From IMG/VR virus record IMGVR_UViG_2061766007_000883: a stretch of DNA of 64,000 nucleotides; one strand, given 5' to 3'. Shown here in pieces: positions 21,192-28,678 of the stretch; the first letter of the stretch is position 1, and every line of letters begins with the position of its first letter. The notes under the pieces are model-generated. The model was not told the DNA's origin and ran no database searches. It worked only from the letters and a program-made list of their open reading frames with translations. The DNA is from an uncultured virus (IMG/VR IMGVR_UViG_2061766007_000883). Taxonomy: Duplodnaviria > Heunggongvirae > Uroviricota > Caudoviricetes. Made by a program: the position numbers and the translations under genes.

Positions 21192-21258
21192 TGATGCTTC
21201 ATGCCCGAAAGGGGCCCCGTGCCGCCAGACACTCGGAGTGGAACATGGAGCATCACCA
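21192..21258 (+). ncRNA. CCA-terminated small structured RNA (tRNA-like mini-RNA)
   Basis: TGATGCTTCATG pairs with CATGGAGCATCA, followed by CCA. Internal CCC-GAAA-GGG and CACT-CGG-AGTG hairpins. Confidence 0.45.
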
Positions 21259-21266
21259 CTTTCCCA

Positions 21267-21326
21267 GGAACACGTCAGCAATCAATCGGACTTGACTGTT
21301 AATCGAGAATCCTCCAAACGTGTTCC
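21267..21326 (+). ncRNA. repeat RNA unit 1: closing stem plus isolated Asn(GTT) anticodon stem-loop
   Basis: GGAACACG-TCAGCAA...CTTGA-CTGTTAA-TCGAG...AAA-CGTGTTCC-GTTTT. Confidence 0.65.
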
Positions 21327-21367
21327 GTTTTAGCTCTTTCGACATTCGTGTATTCAATATTTACCTA

Positions 21368-21481
21368 GGGACATGTCAGCAATTACATCCTAAAAATCTA
21401 GGCTGGTGGTTCAAATCCATCTTCTTCCCTCCGGGAGAATAGCTCAACTGGTGGAGCGAGATTCCAAGACAAACGTGTCCC
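21368..21481 (+). ncRNA. repeat RNA unit 2: closing stem plus circularly permuted tRNA body (Y RNA/YrlA-like)
   Basis: GGGACATG-TCAGCAA, then T arm, loop-closed acceptor stem, D arm, then AAA-CGTGTCCC-GTTTTT. Confidence 0.75.
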
Positions 21482-21499
21482 GTTTTTGATTTCATCCCA

Positions 21500-21607
21500 A
21501 GGACGTTTACAGCATTATTTCGACATGGGGTCCGAAGATGCAGGTAAAATCCTGCCGTCCAGCGTAACGCTGGCGTAGTGTAATCAACACAGCGAAAAGC
21601 GCGTCCT
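21500..21607 (+). ncRNA. repeat RNA unit 3: closing stem plus permuted tRNA-Pro-like body
   Basis: AGGACG..TACAGCAT, anticodon-like arm with CATGGGG loop, GCAGG-TAAAAT-CCTGC, loop-closed acceptor CCAGCG-TAA-CGCTGG, D arm GTGT-AATCA-ACAC, then CGTCCT-GTTTTT. Confidence 0.7.
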
Positions 21608-21628
21608 GTTTTTGATTTTTACAACCTA

Positions 21629-21700
21629 GGCACCTGTCAGCAAACAACTAACTCATACGTTGCTTCGTCAAAGCTACACCATATGAACAAAACGGGTGCC
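21629..21700 (+). ncRNA. repeat RNA unit 4: closing stem with non-tRNA or decayed cargo
   Basis: GGCACCTG-TCAGCAA...AAAA-CGGGTGCC-GTTTT. Confidence 0.6.
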
Positions 21701-21711
21701 GTTTTCGCTTT

Positions 21712-21746
21712 AAGCGCCACTGCCAAGCGGTGGCGCTTTTCTTTTT
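21712..21746 (+). terminator. rho-independent terminator of the tRNA/small-RNA operon
   Basis: AAGCGCCACTGC-CAA-GCGGTGGCGCTT followed by TTCTTTTT. Confidence 0.8.
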
Positions 21747-21818
21747 GTCTGTTGACTACCGTCTGGCGCTCCGCCAGTCATAAGTGCCATTTCCATNNNN
21801 NNNNNNNNNNNNNNNNAT

Positions 21819-22012
21819 TGCGGCGTCTTCTCTGATGAGCCCGCGTGCCCTGTGGACGTGCGCCTTCAGGTCCCATTCGCCGGTTCACCATGTACGCAAT
21901 CTTGTACGCAACAAGACCGCGCCCACACGGGAACGTCATGTTTGTTCACCGGCGACTGGACCGTGAAGGCGCTCGTCCCTGTTCACGCGGGCTCATCAGA
22001 GAAGACGCCGCA
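21819..22012. repeat. 194-nt rod-like inverted repeat with 29-bp perfect outer arms
   Basis: 21819-21847 is the exact reverse complement of 21984-22012, with further nested complementary blocks inside. Confidence 0.9.
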
Positions 22013-22113
22013 TCCACAATACGGCTTTGAACAGACATCCAATTCATTCTGTGATTTGCCGGGCGGTTCGCACGGCGTTGCATGACGTCGAGCATCATCG
22101 GTAAGACGTCAAT

Positions 22114-22143
22114 GTTGTACTCCCGGCGCGCCGGGAGTACAAC
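22114..22143. repeat. 30-bp perfect palindrome
   Basis: GTTGTACTCCCGGCGCGCCGGGAGTACAAC. Confidence 0.9.
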
Positions 22144-23923
22144 GACGGTTGACAGAATGACGCATTTTGTGATTGACAATTGCCGGACGCTTCGCCCGGC
22201 GTATGTTTGAACGTCTTGTCATCGGCTGGATTGTGCGCTACGCANNNNNNNNNNNNNNNNNNNNNNNNNNNNNNNNNNNNNNNNNNNNNNNNNNNNNNNN
22301 NNNNNNNNNNNNNNCCTCTTACCGCAGCTGACTTACTCACGCTGCCGGAGCCAGGCTATGAAGCGCATCGAACGCCTGCTCGCGAGGAGCCAGAACCCAG
22401 CACGGCATCTCGGATCAACCAGGATGCTCGGCCCACTGTTGAATCACATAACAACGACTATCGAAAATAAGGACAGCCGATACGGTTGCCGAATGTCCTT
22501 CACCAGGCATATGTGACGGATTGCGTCTTCTTATCCCGACGCCCTCAGGAGGCGGATGACATCCGGATCCACGACGTCTGCGCGCGCCCTCAAGGAATTC
22601 CTTAGTCGCGTTCGTCGTCGCTTCACATTTGCGTATGGTCATGGACAACAAGTTGTCGTCGGCTGAGGTACGGCTACGACGAAAGCGAACAGGAAATTCC
22701 TTGTGGTCAGCGCGCTGACGAAGTGGATCCGGATGTCANNNNNNNNNNNNNNNNNNNNNNNNNNNNNNNNNNNNNNNNNNNNNNNNNNNNNNNNNNNNNN
22801 NNNNNNGCATTGAACCTTGTTGTTGAAATCAAAACGCGGGCGTTTCGCTCGCGACAGTGTCTCCGACCATGTTTCCAAGATGGAATGAATAGCTACATCC
22901 TCCTGTCCACCGTATCCATAGAAGCTCGACGGGACNNNNNNNNNNGTCAGCATACGGTCATCTGGATAACTATTTATTTCTCCTAATTGGAATCTTGGCC
23001 ACAGGACGCACCGCACCCAACTGCCGGCAGCACAGTGTCCCGTCGGGCCACCATAGATACGGTGGACAGGNNNNNNNNNNNNNNNNNNNNNNNNNNNNNN
23101 NNNNNACAACAAGAAACGGACGATTGATTTAAAACAACCGGCGCGATACGCACCGGCTAGCTGAAACGGAGCATCAACGCATGGGAATGACACGGATTGC
23201 AGCGAGGGTCTCGGATTTGATAGGCGGGNNNNNNNNNNNNNNNNNNNNNNNNNNNNNNNNNNNNNNNNNNNNNNNNNNNNNNNNNNNNNNNNNNNNNNNN
23301 NNNNNNNNNNNNNNNNNNNNNNNNNNNNNNNNNNNNNNNNNNNNNNNNNNNNNNNNNNNNNNNNNNNNNNNNNNNNNNNNNNNNNNNNNNNNNNNNNNNN
23401 NNNNNNNNNNNNNNNNNNNNNCCTAACACGCGCAGGAGCGCGGATTCCGTGAGCCTGGACTTCAGTCACGTGAGATGGAGGTCTCATCCGGTCGCCTACA
23501 GCCTGTGGGCGACGGACGGCCGCAGGNNNNNNNNNNNNNNNNNNNNNNNNNNNNNNNNNNNNNNNNNNNNNNNNNNNNNNNNNNNNNNNNNNCAATTGCC
23601 ATGTCTTTTGAATCGTCCAACAAATAAACAAACCGATTGATTGAAACCGGCGCGGTTCGTGCCGGACAATAGGAATACTTCACTTGCATTAAGGATAGCC
23701 GACAGGATGGAAGCTCGCAGCGGTGAATTCGATCGAGGCCATCCTGTTCACGTCCGAGGTGTGGACTGCCTTGATGCCGGCGGCCCACACCGTGGCTGAC
23801 AAATGCCATGCAAGACGAAACGCATTCCCACACTACATAGGAAGCTCAGAGCCATCGGTGCTGGCAGCCGGCTCAAAGAANNNNNNNNNNNNNNNNNNNN
23901 NNNNNNNNNNNCTTCCCTCACTG

Positions 23924-24319
23924 TCATGCTTTTGAATCGGTTCCTGAACTCAAGTCCCAATGTCCGCCCAGCTGCTCGAAACGTATGGCGGCAGGCGGTA
24001 TTGGGCGGCCAAGCGCCCTGCGCTGGTTGATGGCCTCAAGAATCTTGGCGCGAAGGTCATCAGATATGTCCTTCATTGTATCCCAGCCTTTGACACCATG
24101 CTTGAGCATGCTCAAGGTCATCGTGTCGGCGTTTCGTGACCAGGCAATCGCTTTCGGCAACGGATACAGGTGGTCGCGCTCGCCATGGCGGCCACGCAGG
24201 ATGACGTCGCCCTGGACAGCCTCCAGCAGACCTATAGCCACGAAGGTCTGCGTGGAGTCCAGGAAGTTCGGGTAGATGTCGGCGGCTGGTTTTCCATTCC
24301 TTTTCTTTTTATCACTCAT
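23924..24319 (-). CDS. hypothetical protein downstream of terminase
   Basis: 131-aa ORF starting 2 nt after the terminase stop. Confidence 0.6.
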   Translation of the reverse strand: MSDKKKRNGKPAADIYPNFLDSTQTFVAIGLLEAVQGDVILRGRHGERDHLYPLPKAIAWSRNADTMTLSMLKHGVKGWDTMKDISDDLRAKILEAINQRRALGRPIPPAAIRFEQLGGHWDLSSGTDSKA

Positions 24320-24321
24320 AG

Positions 24322-26160
24322 TCAGAACAATCCTGTTGACTGCAGCACGTCCATGCGCATGTTGACGGCGTTCTCGAATCGCTCGAAGTCGCCACGCGGG
24401 CCGAACACCTCGTCCGGAAGAATCGGGTGCCCGTCCGCGTCGAAGTCCAGCGAGGACGTGTCATATCGTGTACCTATCCTTGGATACGCGCCGAAATGGT
24501 CCCATATCTGCGAGCATCCGAAATTGACGGCGTGCGCGAAGTCGTCCGGCACGCCTGCCTTCTTGATTATCAATATAACTGTCTCGTTCCGTTGCGTCTT
24601 GCGCGGGTCTTCGCGCAGGGCAAGGAAATCACGGATGACATCCTTGTCGTCGTCCTCTCGGAATTTCGGGAACAATATCCTGCGTGACTTTATCGCCTGC
24701 AGGACGACGGCCAGCGACCGCGACTTGTCCAGCGTGTAGTAGTACATGTCTGATTCGCGCTGGCCTGTGCGCGGACGCATGACGTCGCCTGCGCCTGGCG
24801 GTATGTAGTTGATGGGCACGACAACGAGGTCAGGTATTGACAGGAGGCCTGCGTGCTTCATGATTTCAAGCCTTGTGTATCCTGCGCCTCCATTGTCGTA
24901 CGCGACGGCGTTGGCCTTCGTCCTGGAAATCCACCACAGGATTTCATTGGCCTCCGAAGTGGGGTCGACGCCTTTCGGAATCCGCTTGGCGTACAGGACG
25001 TCGATGACGTCGGAATCGGCGCGCAGGCCAAGTACGGCGTACGCCGTGTAGGAGTCGCTGATGACGCCTCCTCCGCTCCAGTCGATGCCGACGGTGATGT
25101 AGCGGTACCGTCCGGCCACTTGGCGGATGTCGTCTGGCGACTTGGCGTTCCCCCAGTCGTGCGTGGCCTTGAGCAGGTCGGACAACGTCAACGGGCTCGT
25201 TGCCGCGTCGTACGGCCAGCCGAACACCTCATTGTACAAGGTCAGTGTCGGATAGTCCTTGACCTTGGCCAGGATGCGCTGCCACTTCGTGAAGTTCTCG
25301 GCATGCATCGGGTGGATGGTCTGGGAGACGTGGTAGCCAGGGAACGTCAGGGCCCGGTCTGGGATGGCGTGTACGTACCCGCCGTCCGCTACATGAAGTC
25401 GACCGCCGCATTTTGCACATACAGGGCCTTCCTTGCCTATCATCTTGAGAAGGTCTTGTTCAGGGTTCGGCACATTGAAATGGTTGCAGTGCCGACAGCG
25501 GATGACCCATTCGGCCTGGGACGAACGGTTCCAGAGCAGAGCAAGCGTCGTGTCCGTCGTCTTGGGCGTCCCGGTGTATCTGGCGAAACCCCAGAAACGG
25601 GATGCGGACATGGTTTCGTTACCGATGTCAAGTGTTTCGTATTCAATATCTTGAGCTTCATCCCACGTGGTCGCGGCGCATCCGCTGATACCACGAAGGC
25701 GTGCGCCCTGGTCGGCGAACGAGTGCTCAAGGTAGCAAAGGCTTCCGTTCCTGAATTCCCTCAAGGCCAGCTTCTGCATCTCCGCGCTGGAGATGAGCTG
25801 GTCGCGTATGAGGCTCGACATCAGGAGCGGCTTGTAGACCGTCCCGCCAAGGCGCTGAATCTGGTCGGCGCGTGGCTGGACTATCAACGTGTGGTAGTAC
25901 GGGATGAGCCCTGAGCGCAGAATGTCGTCAGAGCAGATGCCGAAGGACTTCCCCTGCTGTCGCCCGAACATGTACACCGAGTTGATCGGCTGTACGCAGT
26001 TGTACATGGGCGCCAGCTGGTAGTGCAACCGCAGGTTCATGGGCCGCCCATTGAGGCGGAAAATGCAGAGGAAGGGTATGAGTGTCTTGAGTGTGCCCTT
26101 CCTGATTTTATCGAAGGCGTCGGCAAAAGCCGTTCGTAGCCGTGGCGTGAGACCGCTCAT
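24322..26160 (-). CDS. terL: terminase large subunit (GpA-type ATPase plus nuclease)
   Basis: Walker A region FGRQQGKS, Walker B TWDEAQD, coupling motif YTGTPK, CxxC pairs, nuclease GIDWSGG and PDDFAHA. Confidence 0.85.
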   Translation of the reverse strand: MSGLTPRLRTAFADAFDKIRKGTLKTLIPFLCIFRLNGRPMNLRLHYQLAPMYNCVQPINSVYMFGRQQGKSFGICSDDILRSGLIPYYHTLIVQPRADQIQRLGGTVYKPLLMSSLIRDQLISSAEMQKLALREFRNGSLCYLEHSFADQGARLRGISGCAATTWDEAQDIEYETLDIGNETMSASRFWGFARYTGTPKTTDTTLALLWNRSSQAEWVIRCRHCNHFNVPNPEQDLLKMIGKEGPVCAKCGGRLHVADGGYVHAIPDRALTFPGYHVSQTIHPMHAENFTKWQRILAKVKDYPTLTLYNEVFGWPYDAATSPLTLSDLLKATHDWGNAKSPDDIRQVAGRYRYITVGIDWSGGGVISDSYTAYAVLGLRADSDVIDVLYAKRIPKGVDPTSEANEILWWISRTKANAVAYDNGGAGYTRLEIMKHAGLLSIPDLVVVPINYIPPGAGDVMRPRTGQRESDMYYYTLDKSRSLAVVLQAIKSRRILFPKFREDDDKDVIRDFLALREDPRKTQRNETVILIIKKAGVPDDFAHAVNFGCSQIWDHFGAYPRIGTRYDTSSLDFDADGHPILPDEVFGPRGDFERFENAVNMRMDVLQSTGLF

Positions 26161-26398
26161 TCATTATCTCCGTTGACCGTATTGTCCGTTCTACTATAAG
26201 TGAAAGTCTCGTCTATTGAAAAAGGAAACGGACATGATGGTGTCAATGCAGAAATGGCTGAGGGTAAAGAACGTGGTACCGGCGGACAGGAGCCTGAGGG
26301 GCGATTCCTTCGGGACGGCGAGAACGCAGGAGAGAAGACGGCCTGCCAGAACCGCTCCGTTGTCCGCGCAGCAACCTGCCGTGAAAAAGGCAAACTGA

Positions 26399-26731
26399 AT
26401 GAACAATGTTGAAAGGACGGTGGCCAAGACCGCATGCCTGGGCCTGCTGCTGTGGCAGGCNNNNNNNNNNNNNNNNNNNNNNNNNNNNNNNNNNNNNNNN
26501 NNNNNNNNNNNNNNNNNNNNNNNNNNNNNNNNNNNNNNNNNNNNNNNNNNNNNNNNNNNNNNNNNNNNNNNNNNNNNNNNNNNNNNNNNNNNNNNNNNNN
26601 NNNNNNNNNNNNNNNNNNNNNNNNNNNNCGGAAGTTCCCACATTCCGCCGACGACATGGCATCGTACGCGACCGTCCGAGCAGGACGGGCCTGTCATCGA
26701 CGCTGAATTCTGCGATATCAGCGACAAGTGA
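26399..26731 (+). CDS. hypothetical protein (large N gap)
   Basis: MNNVERT...VIDAEFCDISDK; mostly unsequenced. Confidence 0.35.
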   Translation: MNNVERTVAKTACLGLLLWQXXXXXXXXXXXXXXXXXXXXXXXXXXXXXXXXXXXXXXXXXXXXXXXXXXXXXXXXXGSSHIPPTTWHRTRPSEQDGPVIDAEFCDISDK

Positions 26732-27289
26732 CAGGGAAACTCCTCCAGGATGCCCGCCACGCTTCACAGGATGCCCGCTGACGCGATTCAGCCGTTCGGA
26801 CGGGTTCCTGCAGGGGTCTGGCGGGAAACGGCCCTGAAAGGGCAGGAAACGAAGGATTGCCGTCATGGCGCCCGCCGGTCAGTCAGGAGGCCGGCGGGTG
26901 TCTTTGTTTGAGGCACACCTGAATCCATATTGAAAAGACGCGCAGAATCGCGTTCTGAGCCACTTTCTGCTTGGAACCGTTTAGATACCTTGCCGACGAT
27001 GTAAAATCGCTCTGGCGGCAATCTGTGCAGCGCCTTGACGGTCGCAAGCTGTCATGTGGGATTCCGAGCTATGATTTCGACTTTGCACATGTGTGCGTCC
27101 GTGCGTGTCATGCGCATGTGCGCCCGTGTGTACATTATATAAGACGCGCAGGCGTGCGCCTGCATGCATGCGCGATTTAATCGCCACATTGCCACGCCAA
27201 CGGCCATCGCACTTCGTTTGGTGTACCGGCGTGTCTTTGAAAACCCCGTTGGGGTGCGAAAGTCTGCATAATAATATATATAATATTAC

Positions 27290-27315
27290 GTAAAATTTTA
27301 TATATAAAATTTTAC
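27290..27315. repeat. 26-bp perfect AT-rich palindrome in an intergenic region
   Basis: GTAAAATTTTATATATAAAATTTTAC. Confidence 0.85.
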
Positions 27316-27532
27316 TCCATATTACATACACTCTCATACAGACCTCCGTACTCAAATGGAGTCCAAGACATCCGGCACACCAGTCGATGTCCAATGGTTG
27401 GAGAGGCAATGGGCGATTAGTCGGTTTTTCGGCGCTTCGCGCCTGAAACCGATGAATACAAAGACCAGAATCATGTCCGCCGGAATGGCGGTATGANNNN
27501 NNNNNNNNNNCGGAATTCAAAAGGACACGGAC

Positions 27533-28669
27533 ATGGACAGGAACAAGATTTTGTACATTGCGGATGCGCACATTGCACGACGGACATGGGCCAACAGCAC
27601 GGCCCTTGCGGGGGACGCCTATGAGGCGCTTCACAAGATACTGGACGTCTTCGACACAAAAGGAGACGGACGGCCTGAAACACTTGTCATCGGCGGAGAC
27701 TGGTTTGACACGAACAGACCGACATCCACTGATTTGCTTGAAACATTAAAGTTCCTTAGGAACTTTAAGAATGTATTCTATCTTCGGGGAAACCACGACA
27801 GTATCAAGCCGTCGTTCCTCGAAGCGGACATGAGGGAAATCGACATCACGGGATTCATCGACACCGTCGGCATGTGCGGAACGACGACGGAGTTCAGCGG
27901 GCTGCCGCAGGACATGTCGGACATCGCAGGGGAGGACGGCGTCTACATGGCCGGGTTGCCTTGGTATGATTCGGCCGACGCGCTGCGCGAGAACGTCGAA
28001 CGGCTGGCTGAGCAGGCGAAAACCATTGCCGGACTGAAACGGCTGAACGTGTTCCTGCATGCGGCGTTCCATCATCTTCTCGGCATCGACGGCATGTGGC
28101 AGCTGACGGGCGACTGGGTGGCGAACGCCTTNNNNNNNNNNNNNNNNNNNNNNNNNGTCCATACAAGGGACACGCGGACGTTCGGAGGCGTCACCGTCCA
28201 CAGCCCGGGGTCGCTCTACCCGAGAAGCTGGGACAAGGTGCTGCAGTCAAGCTGCGCGTCCCTGATTGACGTCGTCACAGGCGGCATCGAGGACATCCCA
28301 TGCGACTGCCGCCAGTATTACGAGATACCGTGGACGGGGCAGACGGAGTTCGATGCGTTTCTGGAACAGGCCGCGCCCGATTTCGAGCCGTCCTATCTGA
28401 AACCGTTTGTGCGGATCGTCCTGCCGACGGACTGCACGGACAAGCCGAGGATACCACCGACGGTCGACCATCAGGTTGTGCGCCAGCGAAACGCTGAGCT
28501 GGTGGAGGAGCGTGTACGGCTGGATGCGGCGACAATCGAGCAGGCGGTGGCCGAGGAATGCGGCGACCGCGAGGATTTGAAAGACATGGCGCTGGCTCTG
28601 CTGGCGTCAGACGACCCGGTGGCCGAGCTGGACAGATGGTTCACTCTGTGGGGAGTCACAAGATTATAG
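27533..28669 (+). CDS. sbcD: SbcD/Mre11-like metallophosphoesterase nuclease
   Basis: ADAH, GGDWFD, GNHD and PGS motifs; adjacent to SbcC. Confidence 0.85.
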   Translation: MDRNKILYIADAHIARRTWANSTALAGDAYEALHKILDVFDTKGDGRPETLVIGGDWFDTNRPTSTDLLETLKFLRNFKNVFYLRGNHDSIKPSFLEADMREIDITGFIDTVGMCGTTTEFSGLPQDMSDIAGEDGVYMAGLPWYDSADALRENVERLAEQAKTIAGLKRLNVFLHAAFHHLLGIDGMWQLTGDWVANAXXXXXXXXXVHTRDTRTFGGVTVHSPGSLYPRSWDKVLQSSCASLIDVVTGGIEDIPCDCRQYYEIPWTGQTEFDAFLEQAAPDFEPSYLKPFVRIVLPTDCTDKPRIPPTVDHQVVRQRNAELVEERVRLDAATIEQAVAEECGDREDLKDMALALLASDDPVAELDRWFTLWGVTRL

Positions 28670-28678
28670 GAAAGCAAC

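Noticed and set aside
21262..21700. CRISPR array
   Set aside because: The repeats are not identical direct repeats; each unit is bounded by its own self-complementary stem, the inserts are tRNA-like and of variable length, and no cas genes are present.
21751..26202. Shared promoter motif GTTGAC...ATAAGTG at 21751 and 26172
   Set aside because: Only two instances with different spacing, which is not enough to call a phage promoter consensus.
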